A DNA stretch of 64,000 bases, taken from positions 1,536,001 through 1,600,000 of the forward strand of contig OZ242220.1 of NCBI GenBank assembly GCA_965206745.1, in the 5' to 3' direction. This stretch comes from Nitrosopumilus sp. (GTDB lineage: Archaea > Thermoproteota > Nitrososphaeria > Nitrososphaerales > Nitrosopumilaceae). Position 1 is the first letter of the stretch; every line of letters starts with the position of its first letter. The notes beneath the pieces are model-generated. The model was not told where the DNA came from. It saw only the letters and a program-made list of their open reading frames with translations, and searched no databases. The position numbers and the translations under genes were made by a program. Below are positions 20,346 through 30,303 of the stretch, piece after piece.

Positions 20346-23300
20346 CTAGGTGGGGGGAGGATCCACACCGAGATAAAAGTTGTCAAAGAACGCTCTTTGG
20401 TTCCAGTCATCAATCCAAGTATCAATAAGGTAAAGTTGTACCCTTATATCATCTTGTTCTGATACGTGCTGTGAAATATCGGTACTAAATGTGCGCCATC
20501 CAGAATCAAATGTGGCGCCTTCAAACAGGATTATTCTATGCAGGGAGTTACCTGCAGTATCTTGTACTTCTATCACGGCATTAGTTATGTTTGAATAACG
20601 ATTGTCTGAGAGTGCCCTGTAATCGATGCCCAAGTACAGCGGATCAAGGGGATTATAGTTCTCAAGGGAAAGATCTCTTTGAATTCCGACATTGATTCCA
20701 ATCCCTTGGCCTCTGATCAGGACAGCTGATCCGAAGCTATCTGAACCTACAGGGAATATAACTCTGTCATTGGTGGAGGACAAGGATGCTTCCGACTTGG
20801 GGGTTGCTGATTTGAAAGACTCCCATGAATTAAGATTGTTAAAGCCATCAGTTATCGTTTCAAATCCAGAGGGGAGATAAACCGTTATTGAGAAGGAGTC
20901 CTGTACAAAGTTGTTGCTTGTATCAGTTGCAGTACATGTGACTAGCGTGGTGCCAATAAAAAATAAATCGCCTGAATTGTGATTACACTGTATCGTTGCT
21001 GGGTGGAGGTCTGTCGCAGTAGGACTTGCAAACTCTACAAAAGTGTCATTTGTAGATCTCACAGCGATATCATCGGGAAAGCTGGTAAAGACGGGATTTG
21101 TCGTATCCCGGAGGGTAGTAGTGTCAAGTATTGCGTTACCGGCACTGGAACCACTATCTGTTCTTGCCTGAACTCTAAAAGAATAATCCGTATCTGGGGT
21201 CAGGTCTGTCACATCAAAGAACGGTTCAGCAGTCAAGCCTACAAACGTCTGAGGGTCACCGTGGGGTGTAGTCATGACAAGCCGATAGGTCTGGAATGTG
21301 CCGCCGTTTAGGTCCGGCTGTATCCATTCCAATCTTAGGGAATTTGAAGCGATGTTAGTTGCAGACAGATCAAGAACCGGATCAGGGGGTGGCACCGGTA
21401 GAGTTCTTGTGTCAAGTATTGCGTTACCGGCACTGTAACCACTATTGGTTCTTGCCTGAACTCTAAAAGAATAATCCGTATCGGGAGTCAAGCCAGCTAC
21501 CTCAAAGAACGGCTCAGTAGTCAAGCCTACAAATGTCTGAGGGTCACCGTGGGGTGTAGTCATGACAAGCCGATAGGTCTGGAATGTGCCACCGTTTAGG
21601 TCCGGCTGTGTCCACTCCAATATGAGGGAAATTGAAGTGATGTTAGTTGCAGACAGATCAAGAACCGGATCAGGTAGTGGTAATGTTCTTGTGTCAAGTA
21701 CTGCGTTGCCACCACTGAAACCATTATCTGTTCTTGCCTGAACCCTAAAAGAGTAGTCAGTGTCAGGGGTCAGGCCTGTCACCTCATAGAACGGTTCAGC
21801 AGTCAAGCCTACAAACGTCTGAGGGTCTCCGTGGGGTGTAGTCATAACAAGCCGATAGGTCTGGAATGTGCCACCGTTTAGGTCCGGCTGTGTCCAAAAG
21901 AGAGTTAGTGAATCAGAGGTTATGTTAGTTGCAGACAGATCAAGAACCGGATCAGGTAGTGGTAATGTTCTTGTGTCAAGTACTGCGTTGCCACCACTGA
22001 AACCATTATCTGTTCTTGCCTGAACTCTAAAAGAATAATCCGTGTCGGGAGTTAGGTCTGTCACATCAAAGAACGGTTCAGCAGTCAAGCCTACAAACGT
22101 CTGAGGGTCTCCGTGGGGTGTAGTCATGACAAGCCGATAGGTCTGGAATGTGCCACCGTTTAGGTCCGGCTGTGTCCAAAAGAGAGTTAGTGAATCAGAG
22201 GTTATGTTAGTTGCAGACAGATCAAGAATCGGATCAGGGAGGGGTGCGATAACTGGAGGCATAACTATAACCGAAAAGGAATCCCGTGCAGAGTTGCTGT
22301 TTGCATCAGTTGCCATACATGTGACTAGAGTGCTGCCGGCAGGAAAGGAGTCTCCAGAATCATGACTGCACAATATGATTACCGGAAAGATGTCTGTCGC
22401 AGTCGGATTTTCAAACTCTACAGCATCACGATTCAGAAACGTCACGGTGATATCCTCTGGAAAACTGGTAAAGACAGGTTCTGTCGTATCCTGAATCCTC
22501 ACAGTCTGGGTATCACTAGCCGTATTGCCTGAATCATCAGTGGCAGTCCATGTAATTACAGTCGAGCCTACTGGGAAGGAATCAGGTGAATCATTTGTAA
22601 CTGTAACATCAGAATCTGCAATGTCACTGGCAGTAGCACTGCCAATATCCACAGGGGTCAGTTCATCTGTAGCTTCTGCAATTATACTGTCAGGGACTGT
22701 AATGGTTGGCTGTGTCGTGTCCCGAATTATGACTGTCTGTATTCCAGTTACCTCATTTTCAGTACTATCCTTGGCAGTCCACGTAACTCTAGTCTCACCT
22801 ACTGGAAAAGAGTCAGGTGCGTCATTTATCACAGTTATGGTATCAATATTGTCTGTGACTGTAGCAGTTCCTATATCTACGGGAGTCAGCACGCCTGTGG
22901 CCTCGGCTATAATGTCTGATGGTAGAATCAGCACAGGTCCTGCCGTACCCTGTACCGTCACTTTCTGGGTATCAGTTGCAGAATTAAAAGAGTTGTCAGT
23001 TGCAGTGTATGTTATAATGGTGATGCCGATTGGGAATGAGGTCGGGGCATCACTGGTGATAAGAGGTGCCCGATCAATCAGATCAGTTGCAGTTGCCACA
23101 CCGAGTTCAATCATGGTAAGCAAGCCGGTAGCCTCGATGGTAATATCATCAGGGGCTGTAATGGTTGGACTGGTCCTATCATTAACGATTACAAGCTGTG
23201 TATACAGAGCCGTATTTCCCGAGCTGTCCTTTGCAGTCCAAATGACAAAGGTTGAGCCGAGTCGGAAAGAGTCAGGTGAATTATTTGTAACTACAACATC

Positions 23301-25217
23301 TGGATCTGCAATGTCACGTGCAGTTACAGTATCAATCTCAACTGGGGTCAATAGTCCTGTGGCTTCTGCAAAGATGAGATTGGACTCTGGAGTATCAAAG
23401 TACGGATTTGTCGTATCCTGAATGGTGACTTTTTGTACTGCAGACACCTCATTCTCAGAGCTGTCCTTTGCAGTCCATGTCACCCTGGTCTCACCTAATG
23501 GAAAAGAGTCAGGTGCGTCATTTATCGCAGTTATGGTATCAATATTGTCTGTGACTGTGGCAGTTCCTATATCTACTGTAGTCAGCACGCCTGTGGCCTC
23601 AGCTGTAACATCAGATGGTAGAATCAGCTTGGGTCCCGTATCCCGTATCGTTATTTTCTGTGTGGCAGTTGCAGAGTTGCCAGAATCATCAGTTGCAGTG
23701 TATGTTATAATGGTGATGCCGATTGGAAACGAGGTCGGGGCATCGCTGGTAATAGTTGGCATTGGATCCACGGTATCAGTTGCAGTTGCCACGCCAAGTT
23801 GAATCATGGATATTAGACTGGTAGCCTCATGTATGATATCATCTGGTGGTATAATTACAGGATCAGTCGTATCCTGTATGGTGATAATTTGCGTATCATT
23901 TGCCATATCACCTTTGTCGTCCTGGGCAGTCCATGTTATGACAGTACTGCCAAGTGTAAACAAGTCCGGTGCATCATTTGTGATTGCAGCATCCCGATTA
24001 ATAGAGGCAGTACCCAGATCAACTAGGGTCAGCTCTCCTGTGGCCTCCAGAGTCAGGTCATCAGGGGCGGTAATCTCCAAGGGTATGAATCGGTTTAGCG
24101 TTACATCAAATGAGGCACTTGCCGTGTTGCCGACTGAATCTCGGGATATGCAAGTTACAGTGGTGGTACCAAATGGATAAACCACCCTTCCCGGCGGATC
24201 ACATATTACTGCAACTATACCGTCCACATTATCAACTGCAGTAGGCAGGGTAAAGGTGACAAGTGATGGGCGGGAGACATCCAGAATTATATCGTTAGGC
24301 ACATTTGAGATTACAGGCTTTACATCATCCCTTAGCTTTGCAATTAGTTGTATCGCATCAATCTGGATGATACTATTGTCATTCTCAAGTATTGGCATGA
24401 ATCTAAAGAAAAAGTCATCTCCTGCAAACTCGTCAAAGTTTATTGTAACTGGAAACCATTGCTCATATGCTGACTCACTCACAGTTACCATGTGATGGTC
24501 CTCCCAGTTATCAGCAGTTCGGGCCTGAACCATCATGACTTCTGTATTCAACGAATCCGTATCTAAAATCTGATCTCCAAACCAGACCCAAAAGACAAGG
24601 TCTGCACCATCATATGTGGACAGTTTGATTTCATCTGCTGCTTGTAACGGACAGGAACCGTCACACTCTCCGATGCTGATAACACGGTTGTTGGTATCGG
24701 CAAGCAGTGTGTCCATTGGACTCTCAATGCCCCACTGACTGTCTAGCGTCCATCCGTCGGTACTATCCCACTGTTGCTCAAAGAGTACAGTCTCTACAAA
24801 TCCAGAGGGTGATTCTGGCGGGGGCAGGACTATTGGGGGCTTGACTCTCAATGTCACTGGAACATCAATGGTTTCTGTGGCACTATCCTGCCCATCAGTG
24901 ACGTGAACTGAGAATGACATAGTGACAGTCTGCTCCATCACTGCAAAAGGTATTCTAAAAGAGGCTATTGCCTTTTCTGCATTTTGCAGTCTTACTGCAG
25001 GAGCTTCATTATCTATCTGAGACCATGAAAAGCCTAGAGAGTTATCATCAGTGTTTGCACTGGCAGTCAATGTTACTCTACCATCACTTTGGGTGACAGG
25101 TGCAATTGAGACAACAAGGTCTGCACCTGAACCATCAGGTGTTGCCACCTGTGCCTCAGAGAGGCCGACTGGAACTAGCATGAGGGTAAATAATAAGAGA
25201 AAAAGGGTTTTATTCAT
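20346..25217 (-). CDS. HYR-repeat surface protein P1 (signal peptide, PKD-like domain, jelly-roll domain, HYR repeats, 4 FN3, variable tip domain)
   Basis: Repeated DTTxP.I..P.D...EATG...FP.G.T.V.WTA.D.SGN HYR units, and four FN3 units (W.QPDLNGG...Y.L...L.PDTDYSFRVQA). Confidence 0.9.
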   Translation of the reverse strand: MNKTLFLLLFTLMLVPVGLSEAQVATPDGSGADLVVSIAPVTQSDGRVTLTASANTDDNSLGFSWSQIDNEAPAVRLQNAEKAIASFRIPFAVMEQTVTMSFSVHVTDGQDSATETIDVPVTLRVKPPIVLPPPESPSGFVETVLFEQQWDSTDGWTLDSQWGIESPMDTLLADTNNRVISIGECDGSCPLQAADEIKLSTYDGADLVFWVWFGDQILDTDSLNTEVMMVQARTADNWEDHHMVTVSESAYEQWFPVTINFDEFAGDDFFFRFMPILENDNSIIQIDAIQLIAKLRDDVKPVISNVPNDIILDVSRPSLVTFTLPTAVDNVDGIVAVICDPPGRVVYPFGTTTVTCISRDSVGNTASASFDVTLNRFIPLEITAPDDLTLEATGELTLVDLGTASINRDAAITNDAPDLFTLGSTVITWTAQDDKGDMANDTQIITIQDTTDPVIIPPDDIIHEATSLISMIQLGVATATDTVDPMPTITSDAPTSFPIGITIITYTATDDSGNSATATQKITIRDTGPKLILPSDVTAEATGVLTTVDIGTATVTDNIDTITAINDAPDSFPLGETRVTWTAKDSSENEVSAVQKVTIQDTTNPYFDTPESNLIFAEATGLLTPVEIDTVTARDIADPDVVVTNNSPDSFRLGSTFVIWTAKDSSGNTALYTQLVIVNDRTSPTITAPDDITIEATGLLTMIELGVATATDLIDRAPLITSDAPTSFPIGITIITYTATDNSFNSATDTQKVTVQGTAGPVLILPSDIIAEATGVLTPVDIGTATVTDNIDTITVINDAPDSFPVGETRVTWTAKDSTENEVTGIQTVIIRDTTQPTITVPDSIIAEATDELTPVDIGSATASDIADSDVTVTNDSPDSFPVGSTVITWTATDDSGNTASDTQTVRIQDTTEPVFTSFPEDITVTFLNRDAVEFENPTATDIFPVIILCSHDSGDSFPAGSTLVTCMATDANSNSARDSFSVIVMPPVIAPLPDPILDLSATNITSDSLTLFWTQPDLNGGTFQTYRLVMTTPHGDPQTFVGLTAEPFFDVTDLTPDTDYSFRVQARTDNGFSGGNAVLDTRTLPLPDPVLDLSATNITSDSLTLFWTQPDLNGGTFQTYRLVMTTPHGDPQTFVGLTAEPFYEVTGLTPDTDYSFRVQARTDNGFSGGNAVLDTRTLPLPDPVLDLSATNITSISLILEWTQPDLNGGTFQTYRLVMTTPHGDPQTFVGLTTEPFFEVAGLTPDTDYSFRVQARTNSGYSAGNAILDTRTLPVPPPDPVLDLSATNIASNSLRLEWIQPDLNGGTFQTYRLVMTTPHGDPQTFVGLTAEPFFDVTDLTPDTDYSFRVQARTDSGSSAGNAILDTTTLRDTTNPVFTSFPDDIAVRSTNDTFVEFASPTATDLHPATIQCNHNSGDLFFIGTTLVTCTATDTSNNFVQDSFSITVYLPSGFETITDGFNNLNSWESFKSATPKSEASLSSTNDRVIFPVGSDSFGSAVLIRGQGIGINVGIQRDLSLENYNPLDPLYLGIDYRALSDNRYSNITNAVIEVQDTAGNSLHRIILFEGATFDSGWRTFSTDISQHVSEQDDIRVQLYLIDTWIDDWNQRAFFDNFYLGVDPPPT
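21120..22240 (-). repeat. Four near-identical tandem FN3-coding repeats (period 282-288 bp)
   Basis: The anchor gcagacagatcaagaa occurs at 21361, 21649, 21931 and 22213. Confidence 0.9.
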
Positions 25218-25679
25218 TGATCAACTTGGATGGTGTGGTATATACATAGTTCTAATCAGCTGCGATCTGCAAACTATGGAGATAAAATGTGAAATACTTA
25301 CCAAATATAGTGCAATTTCTTGAATTTTTCAATCCGTATCAGTTACTCTGATGATGCAAAAATGGATTTTTGACAGTTATCGAGTATTGTACAAATCAAT
25401 TTGTAACTAGATAAGATCATGATATGATCGTATGAATTTCAGATATACTTGGAACACAATCAATACAGTAAGAGACCTATGAGAGTATTACATTGATCTG
25501 AGGGATCAAAAGCAGTGACACAAAACAGGCATGACTTGTTTTGACTGTGCATAAAAAATGTCATGAGGCATGTCAGATAAATACAGGAACAATCCAGATG
25601 ATCACATTATAAAATTAGTGAAAAAGATCAGACAAAGTACAAATCCAAAGATTAAATCATGACTTGATGAATGTGTTGA
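25218..25679. repeat. Intergenic region duplicated at 56325-56751; its promoter part recurs at about 29880-30060 and 60405-60495
   Basis: Shared blocks include ggtatata.at.gttct.a.cag.tgcgatctgcaa, gatgatgcaaaa.tgg.tttttgacagttatc, tatgagagtattacattgatctgagggatcaaaag and gatgatcacattataaaatt. Confidence 0.9.
25230..25275 (-). promoter_or_regulatory. Conserved archaeal promoter of the HYR gene family
   Basis: On the minus strand, ...gattagaactat(g/c)tatataccac contains a TATATA box about 20-28 bp before the start. It is conserved upstream of all four paralogs. Confidence 0.6.
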
Positions 25680-28600
25680 TCAGCAGATCGTAGTCATGTT
25701 GTATGCGTGTATCAGTTCCTGTGTATCGATATACATATCAGAGGACTCGTCAAGTGATTCAATCAATTTGCATGCCTGTGTCTGATCGTATTGTGAGATT
25801 TGCAGAGACAGTTCTTGGAGTGATGTCAGTTGTATATCTGCCTCACCACTGATATTTCCAGATGGAGGAGGATCCGTACCGAGATATAAGTTGTCAATGG
25901 ACAACCTATGATACCAGTTTCCCCCTGAGCCATCCCAGAAATATAATCGTACCGCGACATCAGCTCGTTTTGCTATGTACTGTGAAATATCGGTACTAAA
26001 TGTGCGCCATCCTGAATCCGATGTACCACCGTGAATCAGTCTTGTCTGGTACAGGTGGTGGCCATGTGTATCTGTTAGTTGAAGCTTAACATTGGTTGCT
26101 CCGTAACGAGTCATCGATGATTGTGCCCTATAATCAACGCTGAGGTATAATGGATCATCTGGATTATGATTCTCAAGGGAGATGTATCTAGTAATTCCAG
26201 TAAAGGTGCCATGCCCATCACCTCTCATTAGGGCAGATGGTGCGGGGTTGCCGTCAGTTGCAGTGAGTTCAAGTATGTAATTGTTAAAGAAAACGGTGCT
26301 CACACCTGTTGATTTGCCAAGATTCCAAGAATCAAGATTTGCAAAGTCATCTGTTATGGTTTCAAATACAGGGACAGTAACCGTTACTGAAAAGGAGTCC
26401 TGTACAAAGTTGTCGTTTGCATCAGTTGCAATGCATATGACTAGCGTGCTGCCGACATGGAACGAATCGCCTGAATTATTACTACACAGTACGGTTACCG
26501 GAAAGATGTCAGTTGCAGTAGGAGTTTCAAACTCTACAGAAATACTATTTTTAGATTTCACAGTGATATCATCGGGGAAACTGGTAAAGACGGGCTTTGT
26601 CGTATCCTGGAGGGTTGTAGTGTCAAGTATTACATTACCGCCACTGTAACCGACGTCTGTTCTTGCCTGAACTCGGAAAGAATAATCTGTATTGTGGGTC
26701 AAACCAATTACCTCAAAGAACGGTTCGGCAGTCAAACCCACAAGTGTCTGTGGATCTCCGTGAGGCGATGTCATGACAAGCCGATAAGTCTGGAGTGTGC
26801 CACCGTTTAGGTCTGGTTCTGTCCATTCCAATCTTAGTGAACTAGACGTTATGTCAGTTGCAGACAGATCAAGAACAGGATCAGGTGGAGTTATCAGCGT
26901 AATAACTTGAGGCATAACTATAACCGAAAAGGAATCCAATACAGAGTTATCGTTTGCATCAGTTGCAGTACATGTAACTAGCGTGCTGCCGGCAGGGAAG
27001 GAATCACCTGAATCATAATCACACAGTACAGTTACTGTAAAGATGTCTGCCGCAGTAGGAGTTTCAAACTCTACAGTATCACGATTCAGATATGTCACAG
27101 TGATATCCTCTGGAAAACTGGTAAAGATAGGCCTTGTCGTATCCTGAATCCTCACAGTCTGGGTATCACTAGCCGTGTTCCCTGAATCATCAGTTGCAGT
27201 CCATGTAATCACAGTCGAGCCTACTGGGAAGGAGTCAGGTGAATCATTTGTAACTGTAACATCGAGGTCTGCAATGTCACTGGCAGTAGCACTGCCGATA
27301 TCCACAGAGGTTAATTCATCTGTAGCCTCTGCAATTATACTGTCAGGGACTGTAATGGTTGGCTGTGTAGTATCCCGAATTATAACTGTCTGTATGCCAG
27401 TTACCACATTTTCTGCATTATCCTTGGCAGTCCACGTAACTCTAGTCTCACCTACCGGGAAGGAGTCAGGTGCGTCATTAATTGCAGTTAGGGAGTCAAC
27501 ATTGTCTGTAACTGTGGCAGTTCCTATATCCAACGGAGTCAGCACGCCTGTGGCTTCAGATGTAACATCAGATGGCAGAATCAGCATAGGTCCTGTCGTA
27601 TCCTGTACCGTCACTCTCTGGGTATCAGTTGCAGAATTGTAAGAGATATCAGTTGCAGTATAAGTTATTATAGTGACACCGATTGGGAACGAAGTCGGAG
27701 CATCACTAGTAATGAGGGGTGCCCGATCAACCAGATCAGTTGCAGTTGCCACACCAAGTTGAATCATGGTAAGCAGGCTGTCAGCCTCGATGATAATATC
27801 ATCAGGAGCTGTAATGATTGGACTGGTCCTATCATTAATGATTACAACTTGGTCATATCGAGCCGTATTTCCCGAGCTGTCCTTGGCCATCCAAATGACA
27901 GGGGTTGAGCCGAGTCGGAAAGAGTCAGGTGCGTCATTGGTAACTACAACATCTGGGTCTGCAATATCATTTGCAGGTATGGGATCAAGTTCAAGTGGGG
28001 TCAATATTCCTGTGGCTTCAGCATAAAAGTTGTAGGATTCCGGAGTATCAAAGTACGGATTTGTAGTATCATGAATGGTGACTTTTTGTACTGCAGACAC
28101 CTCATTCTCAGAGCTGTCCTTTGCAGTCCATGTCACCATGGTCTCACCTACTGGGAAAGAGTCAGGTGCGTCATTAATTGCAGTTAGGGAGTCAATATTG
28201 TCTGTAACTGTGGCAGTTCCTATATCTACTGTAGTCAGCACACCTGTGGCCTCTGCTGTAACATCAGATGGCAGAACCAGCATAGGTCCTGTATCCCGTA
28301 TCGTTATGTTCTGTATGGCAGTTGCAGAGTTACCAGAGTCATCAGTTGCAGTATATGTTATAATGGTGACACCGATTGGGAACGAGGTTGGAGCATCGCT
28401 GGTGATGGTGGGCATTGCATCGACAGTATCTGTTGCAGTTGCAGTACCCAGTTGAATCATGGATATTAGACTGGTAGCCTCATGTATGATATCATTTGGT
28501 GGTATAATTACAGGATCAGTCGTATCCTGTATGGTGATAATTTGCGTATCATTTGCCACATCACCTTTGTCGTCCTGGGCAGTCCATGTTATGACAGTGC

Positions 28601-29864
28601 TGCCAAGTGGAAACAAGTCAGGTGCATCATTTGTGATTGTGGCATCCCGATTAATAGAAGCAGTACCCATATCAACTAGGGTCAGTTCCCCTGTGGCCTC
28701 TAGAATCAGGTCATCAGGGGCGGTAATCTCCAAGGGGACAAATTTGTTTAGCGTAATGTCAAATGAGGCACTTGCCGTGTTGCCGACTGAATCTTGGGAT
28801 ATGCAAGTTACAGTAGTGGTACCAAATGGATAGATCACCCTTCTTGGCGGATCACATATTACTGGAACTGTGCCGTCCACATCATCAACTGCAGTAGGCA
28901 GGGTAAAGGTGACAATTGATGGGCGGAAGACATCCAGAATTATATCGTTAGGAACATTTGAGATTACAGGCTTTACATCATCCCTTATCTTTGCAATTAG
29001 TTGTATCGCGTCAATCTGGATTATGCTATTGTCATTCTCAAGTATTGGCATGAATCTAAAGAAAAATTCATCTCCTGCAAATTCGTCAAAGTTTATTGAA
29101 ACTGGAAACCATTGCTCATATACTGACTCACCGACAGTTATCATGTACTTGTCCACCCAGTTATCAGCAGTTCGTGCCTGAACCATTACGACCTCGGTAT
29201 TCAACGAGTCCGTATCTAAAATCTGATCTCCAAACCAGACCCAGAAGACAAGGTCTGCACCATCATATGCGGACAGTTTGATTTCATCTGCTGCTTGTAA
29301 CGAACAGGAGCCGTCACACTCTCCGATGCTGATAACACGGTTGTTGGTATCGGCAAACAGTGTATCCATTGGACTCTCAATGCTCCACTGGCCATCAGGT
29401 GTCCATCCATCGGTATTATCCCACTGTTGCTCAAAGAGTACAGTCTCTACAAATCCAGAGGGTGATTCTGGTGGGGGTATGGCCATTGAGGGCTTGACTG
29501 GCAATGTTACTGGGACATCAATTGTTTCTGTGGCACTATCTTGTCCATCAGTGACGCTGACTGAAAACGACATAGTGACAGTCTGCTCCATCACTGCAAA
29601 AGGTATTCTAAAAGAGGCTATTGCCTTTTCTGCATTTTGCAGTCTTACTGCAGGAGCTTCATTATCTATCTGAGACCATGAAAAACCTAGAGAATTATCA
29701 TCAGCGTTTGTACTAGCAGTCAATGTTACTCTACCATTACTTTGGGTGACAGGTGCAATGGAGACACTCAGATCTGAACTATCAGGTGTTGCCACCTGTG
29801 CCTCAGAGAGGCCGACTGGAACTAGCATGAAGATAAACAATAGTAGAAATGGAATTTTGTTCAT
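25680..29864 (-). CDS. HYR-repeat surface protein P2 (1 FN3, variable tip domain, intact Cys-containing tail)
   Basis: 1394 aa, colinear with P1 but with a single FN3 domain. Confidence 0.9.
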   Translation of the reverse strand: MNKIPFLLLFIFMLVPVGLSEAQVATPDSSDLSVSIAPVTQSNGRVTLTASTNADDNSLGFSWSQIDNEAPAVRLQNAEKAIASFRIPFAVMEQTVTMSFSVSVTDGQDSATETIDVPVTLPVKPSMAIPPPESPSGFVETVLFEQQWDNTDGWTPDGQWSIESPMDTLFADTNNRVISIGECDGSCSLQAADEIKLSAYDGADLVFWVWFGDQILDTDSLNTEVVMVQARTADNWVDKYMITVGESVYEQWFPVSINFDEFAGDEFFFRFMPILENDNSIIQIDAIQLIAKIRDDVKPVISNVPNDIILDVFRPSIVTFTLPTAVDDVDGTVPVICDPPRRVIYPFGTTTVTCISQDSVGNTASASFDITLNKFVPLEITAPDDLILEATGELTLVDMGTASINRDATITNDAPDLFPLGSTVITWTAQDDKGDVANDTQIITIQDTTDPVIIPPNDIIHEATSLISMIQLGTATATDTVDAMPTITSDAPTSFPIGVTIITYTATDDSGNSATAIQNITIRDTGPMLVLPSDVTAEATGVLTTVDIGTATVTDNIDSLTAINDAPDSFPVGETMVTWTAKDSSENEVSAVQKVTIHDTTNPYFDTPESYNFYAEATGILTPLELDPIPANDIADPDVVVTNDAPDSFRLGSTPVIWMAKDSSGNTARYDQVVIINDRTSPIITAPDDIIIEADSLLTMIQLGVATATDLVDRAPLITSDAPTSFPIGVTIITYTATDISYNSATDTQRVTVQDTTGPMLILPSDVTSEATGVLTPLDIGTATVTDNVDSLTAINDAPDSFPVGETRVTWTAKDNAENVVTGIQTVIIRDTTQPTITVPDSIIAEATDELTSVDIGSATASDIADLDVTVTNDSPDSFPVGSTVITWTATDDSGNTASDTQTVRIQDTTRPIFTSFPEDITVTYLNRDTVEFETPTAADIFTVTVLCDYDSGDSFPAGSTLVTCTATDANDNSVLDSFSVIVMPQVITLITPPDPVLDLSATDITSSSLRLEWTEPDLNGGTLQTYRLVMTSPHGDPQTLVGLTAEPFFEVIGLTHNTDYSFRVQARTDVGYSGGNVILDTTTLQDTTKPVFTSFPDDITVKSKNSISVEFETPTATDIFPVTVLCSNNSGDSFHVGSTLVICIATDANDNFVQDSFSVTVTVPVFETITDDFANLDSWNLGKSTGVSTVFFNNYILELTATDGNPAPSALMRGDGHGTFTGITRYISLENHNPDDPLYLSVDYRAQSSMTRYGATNVKLQLTDTHGHHLYQTRLIHGGTSDSGWRTFSTDISQYIAKRADVAVRLYFWDGSGGNWYHRLSIDNLYLGTDPPPSGNISGEADIQLTSLQELSLQISQYDQTQACKLIESLDESSDMYIDTQELIHAYNMTTIC

Positions 29865-30303
29865 ACATAAGCTTGAATTCCGTGGTATATAGATAGTTCT
29901 AATCAGCTGCGATCTGCAAACTATTTGGATAAAACATGAAATAATTACAAAATAAAGTGTAATTTTTTGAATTTTTCAACCCACGTCGGTTACTCTGATG
30001 ATGCAAAACTGGGTTTTTGACAGTTATCAGTAACTGTACAGACGGATCTGCAACTAGCTAATTTCATAACGGGATAAAACTGGCAGAGATACAAGGCAGC
30101 ATCTGACCCAACTGTTTGGAATCGGCCATCCTACACAGAATCATACCACAATGTCTGAAGAGACAGACTTCAGTGTCCAACTTTGTGACTTGCATTAGGA
30201 CATGGAAGATATCACAGGCAAGGTTGTGACAGGTAACATCAGACTTTTGAAATTAAATATCTGTCTTGGGGTACTCACCATTCATCATGGAACCTGCAAG
30301 GAA

